Source: the human T2T-CHM13v2.0 reference genome, Homo sapiens. Taken from it: 64,000 bases of DNA. Numbering within the stretch: position 1 is the stretch's first letter; each line of letters opens with the position of its first letter. Both the position numbers and the translations under genes were made by a program. Location: NCBI RefSeq assembly GCF_009914755.1, contig NC_060947.1. One strand, 5' to 3'. Below, one piece after another: positions 27,285-42,479 of the stretch. The notes beneath the pieces were generated by a model. The model saw only the letters and a list, made by a program, of their open reading frames with translations, did not search any database and had not been told where the DNA came from.

Positions 27285-27828
27285 TATATTTGTTTCCTAT
27301 AGCTGTTGTAAGAAGTTACCACAAATTTAGTGACTTAAACAAAGCAAATTTATTATTTTATATTTATGGAGGTCACAAGTTCAAATGGATGTCACTGGGC
27401 TAAAATCAATATGTCAGCAGGGCTGTGCTCTTTCAGGAAGTACTAGGGGATAATCAGTTTCCTCGGCTCTTCCAGCTGCTTGGGCCTGCCCACATTCCTT
27501 GGCTCATGGCCCCTTCCTCCATCTTCAAAGCCAGCAATGCTGGTTGAGTCTTTCTCACACTGCATCACTTTGACACTGCTTCCATCCTCATACTGCTGCC
27601 TCTGACTATCTTGTCTCCCTCTTTCACTTACAAGGACCCTTTTAATTATACCGTGCCCACCTGGGTAATCCAGAATAATTTCCCCATCTCAAAATCCTTA
27701 ACTAAATCACATCTTCAAAGTCCTTTTTGCCATGTAAAGTAACATAATCATAAGTTCCAGAGATTAGGATGAGAGGCCTTTATTTGGGCCTACTCCAATC
27801 TTTGGGGGCCATTATTCTACCTACCACA
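27285..27828 (-). mobile_element. MLT1C/D-like MaLR solo LTR
   Basis: CACATTCCTTGGCTCATGGCCCCTTCCTCCATCTTCAAAGCCAGC and end TTCTACCTACCACA. Confidence 0.85.
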
Positions 27829-29004
27829 CCTATTAAATAATTATTTAAAAATTTAAAAACCTTTGTCTTTGCTGTTATAAATAATTAAAAATGATGGAAA
27901 TAAAAGCTAAAAACTAAAAAGTATTCTATGGGTGTTTTCAATTTTCTCCTGAGGCCATAACAAAACTGAGAAACATTCTGTTACCTTGATGTCTTTAAAT
28001 GGAAATAAACACAAGCACTTCAAAAGGCTTAAATTTTTTGAACTTAAAATGGTTAATACAGGTAAAATTACTGAAGTAGAGAATGTGCTCAAAAATAGTC
28101 CTATATTCATTGCATACCATTTTTTAAATACATATTATTTTCCCTAAGTTAAGGAAAACGAGTATTTCAGTAGTAATGATTATAATGGTTTAGGTTTCAG
28201 ATGTCATTTTGTGATTTGGAAAGCTCTATGAAATAATTTCATAGTTCATATAATCTCATCTTCAAAATTAATAAAGAAGAAACACGTTTTTTAGCCTATA
28301 TATAATTTTTACTTAAGTAGCTTTGAGTTTGGCCCTTTACAAGATAGGAACTAGAAAAATTTTTGGTTTCTGTGGTGGAAGCTACGAATTCTCCCCCTAA
28401 TTCACAAGCCAACTATGATGTATGATTATTCATTTCAGCAACTGAGAAGATAATTGGAAAGTTTGAAGACGGCCAAGTTGTACTTCTTAGCACCATAAAG
28501 TGTCATTGCCATGCCACTGTACTGAGGACAATGAAGTAAATGGCCAGCCAACAAAACTTACAGTAATCAAAAAGATAACTACCTGCCAGGTCAAGGAACA
28601 GGGGTGACACAGACAGATAAGGCATCTGCTTTTGTGGTACTTACATTCTAATGGGGAATGAGAGAGAAATAATACACCAATAGGAAGGTGAGCCAATATA
28701 CAAACAATGTAAATCCAGAGAATGGGAAATGTTATGGTAATAGTGATATGCTAGGTTGTGTCTGTGCCAGAGGGGAGGCTACTGTAAGGGAAAATGTCTC
28801 TGGGGAGGGGACATTTGAGCTGTCTTTTGATGATAAACAGCACATCCTGTAAGTCCTTAAGAACCCAAATCCCTGATCTCCAAAGTGGAGTATGTGCACT
28901 ACCAAAGGCAAGCAAGATAATCTATTGGAGTTTAGGGAAAAAAGATGAGAACTTCTGTTTGTATTTATTTTTACTTAGAAAACAAGAAAGAAATTAAACT
29001 TTGC

Positions 29005-29501
29005 TAACAGGGGAGGAAAAGATTTCCATCACTAGGTTTGTGGCCAGTTTTCTATAACAAAAAACTAGATTATTAACAAGAAAAAAACATAGAAATTTAT
29101 TTAATATAAGTTTTACATAACACAGGGGCCTTCAGAAATGAAGGCTCAGAATAGGTAAACTTGCATATTTGTATATTTAAGATTGATAGAGAATGGACAG
29201 TCATGGAGAAATATGATTGGAGGACAAAAGGATATGATCTAATGGTAATAAACTGGGGGGAATTTAGCAAGACTTGTTTGTTCAGATTTTTCTCTGCATC
29301 CCTGTGTCTTCAGATAAAAGGATGTTCCTTTCCTTCAGGTATAGTTTCTTTCCTACAGAGAGGAAACCTCTCGCACTAGGGTCTTACAACTTGATTCACG
29401 GGAGAACGGTGAAGGGAAGATGAGAGTGTCTTCCCTGTTTCTGCTGTTTTTCCAAATGTCAAGGTGCCATATTTTGGGGTAGTGTGTCCTGAACCCCATC
29501 A
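29005..29501 (-). mobile_element. MER31A-like ERV1 solo LTR
   Basis: The reverse complement begins TGATGGGGTTCAGGACACACTACCCCAAAATATGGCACCTTG and follows the MER31 consensus throughout. Confidence 0.8.
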
Positions 29502-31393
29502 CTAATATTTACATTTTTACATTGAAACCCTATATGTGGCCCGTGTATCAGATAGTCACCCCCACTCTGTAGTATTGCAATGTATTGTACTGTTATATTA
29601 TCTAATTTTAACTTGAATAACCCTCACATAATGGACCAATGGCTTTGAAATTTTTCTATAAGGAAGCCACGGGTTGAGGAAGTACTACTATTGCAATCTT
29701 AAGTCAGTGATAAGAAAATGTCAGAAGCAACTCTTTTCCTACTCCAAGTAGGCCATCATCAGCCACATTATGACTCTTTATTCAGAGTCAAAGATAACTC
29801 AGCCACAAATAATTAACGTTATCAAGAAATTCACATACAGCATGTATTAACAACTATTTCCATTCTATACAAACTGTACCCTAAGAGGGAATTGTGCCTT
29901 CCCATAGGATGATGTTATCACGGTGAGCAGCACGTTTCAAAATATTATCTATTTACTTCATGTTTATTCTGTTATGTATGTTTTATAAGACACAACATGT
30001 ATTGGTTTCTGGTTCACGTATGTAATTTATAAATATATATATATTTAGAATACATGTGCATTTATTGTTAACTTCTACACATGCATAATCAAATACACTT
30101 TTCAATCGTTGCTCTCAACTATTTGATAGCTACGGCTCTTGTCAAAGACTGTCAGCAACTATATATAGGGCAACCCATCTCTGAATTCTGAAACTGATTT
30201 TCAAAGATGGTGTGAAGTTTTCAGAATAATTAAGGTGCCAAGAATCACATAATCCAACAGAATCTAGGTGAAGTGGCAATTTCCTGGTGCTTTGGAAGGT
30301 ACATTCTAATTCCAACTAGAAGCTTCAAGGCATCTGTGCCAATCCCTGAGGCAATGCTGTAATTTCTGGGTCTTTGGTTCATATATGGTGAGGGTCAAGA
30401 TTTCTCTGCATATTTGTCCCCCCAGAATAGAGTTCCATGAGTCGATACAGGTCCCATCATCAGCAAATTTTGTATGAGCATGTGTGTATGTGTGCTTGCA
30501 TGCATGCACAAACATACACCAAAGTGACACCAACCAGTCTTCCCTTGGGCTCCTTGTGATTTCATCAAACACCTTTGAGGTGTTTTGATATTTGTCTTAT
30601 TTTAACATTGGATAAACTATTCTACATAAAAGTGGTTGTTAACTTTCTTTGGTCTATAGCCAAGAAAATCTAGAATGCTTACTATGAATATATTTATAAT
30701 TAGGAGTTAAATGTATTTTAAAGTATGTGCGTGTGTTTTACTCTAAGTGGCATTGATGAAATAATTTTCAATTTTGTTTGTCCTTAAGTATAGGCCAATT
30801 GAAAAAGTACAATTTTCAAAATTGTTCAATGCAGCAAATTTTCAGCTGCTTTCATGTTATCAATTGTCTGTGGTAAATAGCAACTGGTAATATTTAAGGA
30901 TTTCCTGGTGACTAGATTGGGATGCATTTCTCTTTCCCAGGAGAAAAGGGAGCCGCAAAGGTGCCTTAAGGTTTCCATGTCCTATATCTCACATTTATCA
31001 AAGTAATAATTGTCCTATGAAAGGATTTTTCTCCTGCTCCCTTTGTCCCCTCTTCAGCTAGGCACACACTTCCACTTTTAAGAACACAGACTAACTCATC
31101 CCAGAAACACGAGCAGGGTAGAGTTACTGAAGACTCAGCCAGTCATCAGCATTTTCAGAGATTTGGTGCATTTCATTCCCATTGTTCATCTACATCTATA
31201 CCATGCCATTCTTTGAAGTGTAATGTCACATAAAGAATTTTAATAAAAGCATATTGTATAGGCAAATATATGTGTGCTCAGATAATGGTGTCCAATCTTT
31301 CTGAGGAGACAGATAAATTTATAGGAGTGTTCTAAGGAAGTCACTGCTTCAGGCATTTATCTGTAGTGGTGTTGGCGTTGGTAATGGTGTGTA

Positions 31394-31396
<3 letters not shown>

Positions 31397-31438
<42 letters not shown>
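31397..31438. repeat. (GT)21 microsatellite
   Basis: Pure GT run within a longer alternating purine-pyrimidine tract (~31387-31448). Confidence 0.95.
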
Positions 31439-31442
<4 letters not shown>

Positions 31443-32904
31443 ATGCATGTTGGCAGAGGTTGAAGGAATAGGCTTTCATAGAAAACCATCTTTTCCATAC
31501 TGTGGGAAAGAAGATAGGTTGGAAGCCACTTAAATTACTAATCAAATACTACCTGATGGTCCATACGAGGCACATGAAACTTATGAAAGTGGCTTGAATG
31601 ATCCAAGAAAACTGTATATTTGGACCTGATTATTTGTTCCCTGGAAAAATCTCTTCTATCCCTTTCTTATTTTTACCAAATGCCCTAAAGGTAGATTCTG
31701 GATCGAAGGTTCAGGGAATCTATGAGTTCCAAATCTATTTTAGTAAAAACATTTCCAGTTCTGAGCAACTCTGGGATCAGTGACAAGCTAGCCCCTATCT
31801 GGGTGAGGCAGTCAGTGCATAGAGGCACCTGGCAGATTTCATCAGCAGTGGGAAGGAAAGGGTGAGGATGGAGCCTCATGATCAGTTTGGTCTCTTCTTT
31901 GTTCTCTCTAGAGACCCACTTAATCATTTCAATCTTTCCATATCAAGGTCCTAGTAAATTTTTCTTTGGAGAGGACAACTTCCCAGGAAGTTTCCAAAGC
32001 CTGATGTCCTAAACTAAAAACACAGAAACTCGAGCCCCCCACCCACCTCTTATCATCACAATAAACATGTACCACAATAGGATGGTTTAATTTATTTTAT
32101 ATGTGTAAGATTTTATTACGTTTAAAGTAGATGGGTACACAGTTCTTTCATGCAGCTGTAGTTTATGATGAGGGTAACCCAAAACACATGACCACATGAT
32201 AAAATAATGTAATGGAGTGCTTCAAGAATTCTGAGTGGACAGAAGGTTGGAAAGCAATCCTTTGTGTAAATAAGAGCTGGTCTCACATAATGGTAGATGC
32301 TTGTAGATCTAAAATCCAAAGAAACATGCACTTTCCCCTGGGATGTCATTTTCAGCATAATAAACATGATTCCAAATGCTTTTATACAAATATTGTCACA
32401 TGAAAAGTCTGATGGTCTGTCATCCTCCAACACCATCTATTTGGACAAAATTTAAACCTAGAAATCATTGGAGGGGCTGTTTTTTATGAAGGTAAATTCA
32501 AGAAAGATTCCAGCATTTCTCTTCTTGATCTTGCTGTTAGGTCATCGACCAACTCACTTCCTTCTGATGTTAGCCCAACTGGAGGAAACTTCTTAGATAA
32601 CTTTTGCAGGTGTCTCATGTTCCTGAAGCTCATTGACTTTTTTTTTTGGCTAGTCTAGATGCACATCTTCAGGCCCTTCAGACAGGAAAAACATGCAGCA
32701 CTGTCCCCTCTATCACGACCAGGGACCTGTTCCAGCACTTAGGAAACCTTTGCAGAATGTTCTTTTTTTGCTCACAAGTATAATCCCCTCACAATGCACA
32801 AAATACTAAGAGATAAAAATACCATTTTGGAAAATATTTTGGATGGCATGCACACGAATTTAACTAAGCATGAAATAATGTAGTTTACTAGGAAGAGGAG
32901 ATGC

Positions 32905-33075
32905 TGTTGAGTTAGGAGGCTTGATTCATGGTCCTCACCCTGCCATTCACCAGCTGGTGCAACTTGGGCAAGTCACTTGACCTCTGTAAGCCTCCTGATC
33001 CTCCTAATCTTAAAAGGGACCAAGAATATCTACCCTACCTACTCACAGGGTACTTGTAAGAATTGGATTACTTGA
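32905..33075 (+). mobile_element. MIR SINE
   Basis: CTTGGGCAAGTCACTTGACCTCTGTAAGCCTC core. Confidence 0.75.
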
Positions 33076-34369
33076 ATTACTTATTGATATACAATGATTG
33101 CATACTGTGTTGAAGAAAGAGCAAAGAGTTACTGAGTTACTTCTTAGGGAATATTTGGTAAAACCAGTTCATTTTTCTGGAAGAGTGATCTGAGGCATAG
33201 GGAAGAGAAGAACTCAACATTTCTCATGGTTACACAGTGGATGTATGTTTAAGATACAAAACAGTAACACAAACAATTGTTTGGACTGTGTACTCACTCA
33301 GTATAATATTTTCCATGATATCTATGTGAAACCGGTTTATAGAACATGACAAGAGTATTTTTTCTCCAAACCTCTGCCTTCAAACATTTTCTGTCTGGCT
33401 GCCAGTTTCTTCTCCAAAGATATCCCAGGCAGATCCTTCCATTGATTGCTTATTTTCAATTTGAAATTGACCAGCTCAGTCCATTATAAAACTTCAGTCC
33501 CATATTCTGCTTAGGAGGAACTCCTCCTCTGGGCTCCCAGTGCTAGGCCTTGGCTTGAGGGGTTTTAGATAGGGAGAGGGCTTTTTCCACTTCTTTCACT
33601 TGTCCTCTTCCAGGTTCTTTCTTTTTATTTAGTGTAAGGGCTTAGGGAGAAGGAACAGGGTTAGGGGTGCCTGGGGGCAGACAACTCTGATAAAATAGGT
33701 ACCTTTGTAGTCAACTCTCTGTTGACTATTGCTGCTCTTCCCCAGAGGCCCTGTGCATACATAAACAAAACGCCTGCTCTGTCCTGCAGCTCATGGAAGT
33801 ATTTTTCCAGAAGTCCCTTGGGATGGGTCTTTCCACTACACAGTTCTCAAACGTGAAAGATGCACTTCAGTTTGACCCCACTTCAAAGACTGGCTTTGGT
33901 GGTGGACCACACAACCTCTTGCTGCCAGGGACCCCTCACCCAATAGGCAGCCATCATGGGTGGGGCAATAGCCCAAACCCAAGTACATTTTCTTCATGTC
34001 CATTGGACTCATGGGAAACCCAAACATCCTGGACACATTTAGAGTGTGTGCTCATTGGTCTCTGTCTTCTTCTCCCTCTCCAGTGATTGTCCTGCCCCCA
34101 CATCCAGAGAAGAAACAAGCAAATCTGTTACGTAAGCAAATAGCTAACTGTGGAATAACATTCCACCCTCCATCACTGAAACTTTCTCATCACTTGACTT
34201 AAAATGTAGGTATTCTCTGATGATTCTCCAGTGCATTTCTAGACTTCTGCTTGTAAAGGTTGAGGAAGTTGGTGAGGAGATTGCAGCTGTGTGGGACCTC
34301 CCAACTCTCAACAAGTTCTGCAGAGTTTGTGAATAGAGTGTGGGAACACAAGATGCCTGTTATTTTCAC

Positions 34370-35270
34370 CCTGTTGTCTTTATCTGCTCAAATGTGCTGT
34401 TGAGTCCTGCTGGTGAGTTTTTTATTTTGGTTATTGTACTTTTCAACCTGAGAATATCTATTTGGCTTTTTTCCAATAATTCCCATCCTTTCATTAAATG
34501 TTCTCTATTTAGTGAGACTTTGGTTCTTTAGATATGGTTTCTTTTAATGCTTTGAATATATTCAAAATCACAGATTAAAAGTCATTGTCTAGTGAGGCTC
34601 AAATCTGGGCTTCCTCAGGTACAGACAGTTTCTGCTGACTGCTTCCCATCCCCAACCCCACCACAATGTATGGGCCACACTTTATTATTTCTTTGTGTGT
34701 CCATAATTTTTTGTTGAAAACTAGATATTTGAAATAATATAACATGACAACTCTGGAAATCAGATTCTTTCCCTTCTCTAGGATTTGTTGTTATTGCTAC
34801 TTGTTGTTTTGTTGTTCGTTTAGTGACTTTCCTGAACTAATTATGTACAGTCTGTATTCTTTGTCATGCATGAACACTAAAGTCTTTGCTCAGATTAGCG
34901 GTCAGCTAATAACTAGACAGATTTTTTTAATGTCTGGAATTAATAAGTCTTCCAGTCTTTGCTGAGGGGCATTTTGTGCATGTTGGGTCATACCTTCAAC
35001 ACTCAACAAAGCAGCTTACAACTTGGCCTTAGCCTTTACTTCCTGCCTGCACAGAGCCCCAAGATTAGACAGAGGTGAGAACTTGGTGCCTTCTTAAGTC
35101 TTTTTTGAGCATGTTCACAGCCCTGGGTATGCACACAGCCTTACACATGCGTGTAGCTGTCCAGATTCTCGGAAATATGTCAGAGTCTTTCAAATCTCTC
35201 TACGTACATCTCATTCTCTAGCTTTTTCTTTTAAGTTTTTTTGGTTAGCCTATTATTTGCCCTAACTGTT
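34370..35270 (-). mobile_element. Ancient L1M 5'/ORF1-region fragment
   Basis: T-rich reverse L1M motifs (CTGTTGAGTCC...TTATTGTACTTTTCAAC; ACTCTGGAAATCAGATTC). Confidence 0.55.
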
Positions 35271-35469
35271 ATCTGAGTGTAATCTGAGTGTTCTAGGAAT
35301 ACCAAAGTTCTTGTAAGGATTGTTCTCTTAGCCAAAAACTTAGCCCAAGACACAAACCTTTAGGAGATCGTAGAGATGACTCCAGGTGAAGAGATCAGAT
35401 GGGCTGCCATGCCATAGCATTCCAGCTCACCATTCTTCTTCACTGCCTTTGCTTTCATTCTGGTGGTAG

Positions 35470-35865
35470 GGGCTACTCCTGTTTACCCATATCTAGACTT
35501 CTTCTTTCCTGGAATTATGGGAGGACATACACTTAACCAATCCCCTTGCCATTGGACAGAGGGATGTGACTAGTAATGGCCAATAGGCTGTGGGCAGAAG
35601 TAACTTGCATCATTTCCCAATTGGGAAACTTTATTGCCATTGTGAGACCTCACAGCACTCTTCCCACTGATGTTATGACCAGTGATGTTCCATATGTTGT
35701 TATTTCTATTAGCCCAGGTCCCAGAGGCAAGATAACATAGAATAACATCCTTCATGGGCATCTGCTATTTATGAGGCATAATACAAAAATAAACTTCATT
35801 GTGTTATGTGACTAAGATTTTGGTGTTGACTGTTAATGCAGCTTAACCTGCACTAATCTGACTTG
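35470..35865 (+). mobile_element. Old MaLR LTR (MLT1I/J-like)
   Basis: ATGTGACTAG...GGCCAATAG...GTGGGCAGAAGT and AAATAAACTT...TGTTAATGCAGCTTAACCT. Confidence 0.6.
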
Positions 35866-36636
35866 TCTCATGATTTTAAGCTTGGCTCACCTATGGTCCT
35901 CTGGTTTGACCACCTGCATCATTTTGATCACATACGTCACATTCATCAGCATCTTTGTGCTTATTTGATGCTTAGTGAAGGGAGGCAAAAGCCTCATATT
36001 TTTTTCTCTCTCTGAGTCTCACATTAATATATAAAGCTATGAGCAAACCAAATTTTACTATCATTTTCTTTCTCTCTCTCTCAAAAGAGGTTTATTTGAC
36101 ATAGACTCAACTAGCTAAAATTTAACTTATAAGAATATATACATACTCAGAGTTCCTATGCCTCTTTATAACTTGAGCAAACCATTGTCATCTTGGGTTT
36201 CCTTTTGCTACTCCGTAAAGCAAAGACAAGAGTGATATTTCCCAAGGTGGCTCTGATAATGTGTGTGTTGGGGGGTTGGGTATAACTAAGAGGATGTTAG
36301 GGAAAATGTTGTGTATTTTGCATAAAGTTCTGGAGTGAAAAAGGCACTCCAGAACTTCCCAAGATGGCCAAATAGGAACAGCTCCAGTCTGCAGCTCCCC
36401 ACGTGATTGACACAGAGGACGGGTGATTTCTGCATTTCCAACTGAGGTACCTGGTTCATCTCATTGGGACTGGTTGGACAGTGGGTGCAGCCCATGGAGG
36501 GCGAGGTGAAGCAGGGTGGGGTGTCGCCTCACCCGGGAAGCTCAAGGGGTCAGGGGATTTCCCTTTCCTAGCCAAGGGAAGCCGTGACAGACTACCTGGA
36601 AAAACGGGACACTCCCACCCACATACTGTGCTTTTC

Positions 36637-36786
36637 TCAAGGTCTTAGCAACTGGCAGACAAGGTGATTCTCTCCCGTACCTGGCTCAGTGGCTCCCACG
36701 CCCATGGAGCCTTGCTCACTGCTAGCGCAGCAGTCTGAGATCAATCTGTGAGATGGCAGCCTGGCTAGGGGAGGGGCATCCGCCAT
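36637..36786 (-). other. L1 antisense ORF0 homolog (49 aa) with splice donor
   Basis: MADAPPLARLPSHRLISDCCASSEQGSMGVG... aligns with primate L1 ORF0 (MAGAPPPASLPPCSLISDCCAS). Donor CAG|GTACGG at 36681/36680. Confidence 0.7.
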
Positions 36787-37380
36787 TGCTGAGGCCTGAG
36801 TAGGTAAACAAAGCAGCCGGGAAGTTCGAACTGGGCAGAGCCCACTGCAGTTCAAAAAAAGCCTACTGCCTCTAGACTCCACCTCTGTGGGCAGGGCATA
36901 GCTGAACAAAAGGCCGCAACTTCTGCAGACTTAAACGTCCCTGTCTGATAGCTCTGAAGAGAGCAGTGGTTCTCCCAGCATGGTGCTTGAGATCTGAGAA
37001 TGGACAGATCTGAGAATGGACAAACTGCCTCCTCAAGTGGGTCCCTAAACCCCGTGTAGCCTAACTGGGAGACACCTCCCAGTAGGGGACGACAGACACC
37101 TCATATAGGCGGCTGGCCCTCTGGGATAAAGCTTCCAGAGGAAGGATCAGGCAGCAATATTTGCTGCTTTGCAGCCTCCACTGGTGATACCCAGGCAAAC
37201 AGGGTCTGGAGTGGAACTCCAGTAAACTCCAACAGACCTGCAGCTGAGGGACCTGACTGTTAGAATGAAAACTAACAAATGAAAAGGAATAGCATCAACA
37301 TCAACAAAAAGGTCATCTACACCAAAACCCCATCTGTAGGTCACCAACATCAAAGACCAAAGGTAGATAAAATCACAAAG

Positions 37381-38406
37381 ATGGGAAGAAACCAGAGCAG
37401 AAAAGCTGAAAATTCTAAAAATCAGAGCACTTCTTCTCCTGCAAAGGATCACAGCTCCTCGCCAGCAGTGGAATAAAACTGGACGGAGAATGACTTTGAT
37501 GAGTTGACAGAAGTAGGCTTCAGAAGGTCAGTAATAACAAACTTCTCTGAGCTAAAGGAGGATGTTCGAAACCATTGCAAGGAAGCGAAAAACCTTGCAA
37601 AAAGATTAGAGGAATGGCTAACTAGAATAAACAGTATAGAGAAGACCTTAAATGACCTGATGGAGCTGAAAACCATGGCAGGAGAACTTCGTGAAGCATG
37701 CACAAGCTTCAATAGCTGATTCCATCAAGTAGAAGAAAGGCTATCAGTGATTGAAGATCAAATTAATGAAATAAAGTGATAAGACAAGGTTAGAGAAAAC
37801 AGAGTAAAGAGAAATGAATAAAGCCTCCAAGAAATATGGGACTATGTGAAAAGACCAAATCTACGTCTGATTGGTGTACCTGAAATTGATGGGGAGAATG
37901 GAACCAAACTGGAAAACACTCTTCAGGATATTATCCAGGAGAACTTCCCCAACATAGAAAGGCAGGCCAACATTCAAATTCAGGAAATACAGAGAACACC
38001 AAAAAGATACTCCTCGAGAAGAGCAACCCCAAGACACATAATTGTCAGATTTACCAAGGTTGAAATGAAGGAAAAAGTGTTAAGGGCAGCCAGAGAGAAA
38101 GGTCGGGTTACCCACAAAGGGAAGCCCATCAGACTAACAGCGGATCTCTCAGCAGAAACCCTACAAGCCAGAAGAGAGTGGGGGCCAATATTCAACATTC
38201 TTAAAGAAAAGAATTTTCAACCTAGAATTTCATATCCAGCCAAACTAAGCTTCATAAGTGAAGGAGAAATAAAATCCTTTACAGACAAGCAAATGCTGAG
38301 AGATTTTGTCACCACCAGGCCTGCCTTACAAGAGCTCCTGAAGGAAGCACTAAACATGGAAAGGAAAAACCGGTACCAGCCACTGCAAAAACAGGCCAAA
38401 TTGTAA
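37381..38406 (+). pseudogene. L1 ORF1p, disrupted
   Basis: MGRNQSRKAEN...RPNLRLIGVPE...ALNMERKNRYQPLQKQAKL, with premature stops at 37474-37476, 37717-37719 and further on. Confidence 0.92.
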
Positions 38407-38469
38407 AGACCATTGATGCTATGAAGAAACTGCATCAATTAATGGGCAAAATAACCAACGGACATCATA

Positions 38470-40507
<2,038 letters not shown>

Positions 40508-41098
40508 ACAATGAGATGACTTGGACACAGGGTGGGGAACATCACACACCGGGGCCTGTTGGGGGGTGGGGGGCTGGGGGAGGGATAGCATTAGGAGATA
40601 TACCTAATGTAAATGATGAGTTGATGGGCACAGCAAACCAACATGGCACATATATACCTATGTATCAAACCTGCACGTTGTGCACATGTACCCTAGAACT
40701 TAAAGTATAATTAAAAAAAAAAAAAGAAAAGAAAAGCACTCCATTCAAAGTAGTGGTCTGGAGAATTATAGACCTTTGGAAGATGGTGGAATCTGTTTTC
40801 TATTTTCTGACATTTATTACATGCTAAAGCTGTTTGGATGCTCATTCTCCATTGAGATATTTGGCCCCAGCAGCAGGTACTGAAACATGGACTTGCTACA
40901 CTTATTTACTGATTTAAGAATAGCAGCTAATCCAGTAAAAACAGGATAATTCTTATATCAGCCTGAGATGGTAATAAAATATTGTGTTTCTGCAAACTCT
41001 AAATGATTTAATTTTTAACATTTTATTATTTTGTTTATAAAGCAATGGCCACTTTTTATTAACATAGTAATATATTTATGCAATGTTACAATAATAAT

Positions 41099-41559
41099 TG
41101 CTGTAGTTAGAAAATTTGTCCCTCCCAAAACTCATGTTGAAACTTAACTCTGAACATGGCAGTGTTGATAGGTGGGGCTTCTAAGAGATGATTGGGTTAC
41201 AAGGGCTCTGCCCTCATGAATGGATTAGTTCATTCATGAATTAATGGATTTAAGGGTTAACTGATTAATAGGTTTTTGTGGGAATGGGGCTGGTGGCTTT
41301 ATAAGAAGAGGAAGACAGGCCTGAGCTAGCATGCTCAGTCACTTTGCCATGTGACTTTATAAACAATCAAATGTGTCCTCTTGAAGTATGCCTTGGGACT
41401 CTGCAGAGTCCCCACCAGCAAGAAGGCCCTCACCAGATGTGGCTACTCAACCTGGAACTTCTCAACCTCCACAACTGTAAGAAATAAATTCCTTTTTAAA
41501 AAAATAAATTACCCAGTTTCAGGTATTTTGTTATAAGCAACAGAAAATGGACTAAGATA
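41099..41559 (+). mobile_element. MST-family MaLR solo LTR (MSTB/C-like)
   Basis: GGGCTCTGCCCTCATGAATGGATTA and CCCCACCAGCAAGAAGGCCCTCACCAGATG; 5-bp TSD ATAAT on both sides. Confidence 0.88.
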
Positions 41560-42106
41560 ATAATTAAGCTTATAAAGGATATGCAGGGATAACTACATTT
41601 CATTTCCTCTCCAGGCATCCAGGTTCTGGTCCTCCCAGAAGGAATCCTTACTACCATTACACATTATACGCATATACAAGTATAATATATGATACATACA
41701 ATGTTTAAAACCTACCCTTCCCATATTTATCAACATAAATTGGAGAGAATGTGCACAGTATTCTTGACCTTGCTACTTAACCTTGATTTTTAAAACAATG
41801 TTATCTTGGTCATTGCTCCTCTTTAGTCTATACAGACTTATCTATTCTTTTTAATGGCTAAATAATATTTCATTGTACATTTGGGACCTGGCTTATGGTG
41901 CAGATGGCCAAGCTGGAAAGCTGTAGGTGGGTCTGGCTCAAAATTATAGCATGCATGATACTTATTTTGATAGCACAGTTATGCCGCATTAACAAACAAT
42001 CCCCAGATGACAGACATTTGTGCTTTTTTCAGTCTGAGGCAGACAATGCCATGAAGATCTTGCTCTACCTTTGTATACATACATTTGCGAGTATATCTAG
42101 AGAATA

Positions 42107-42443
<337 letters not shown>

Positions 42444-42479
42444 TTAGCAATCAAGTGCTGAAATAAAAGGTATGTATAT

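Noticed and set aside
33300-34330. GC-richer segment with ORFs up to 97 aa
   Set aside because: No protein motifs. It may be a very old LTR, but I cannot support a family call.
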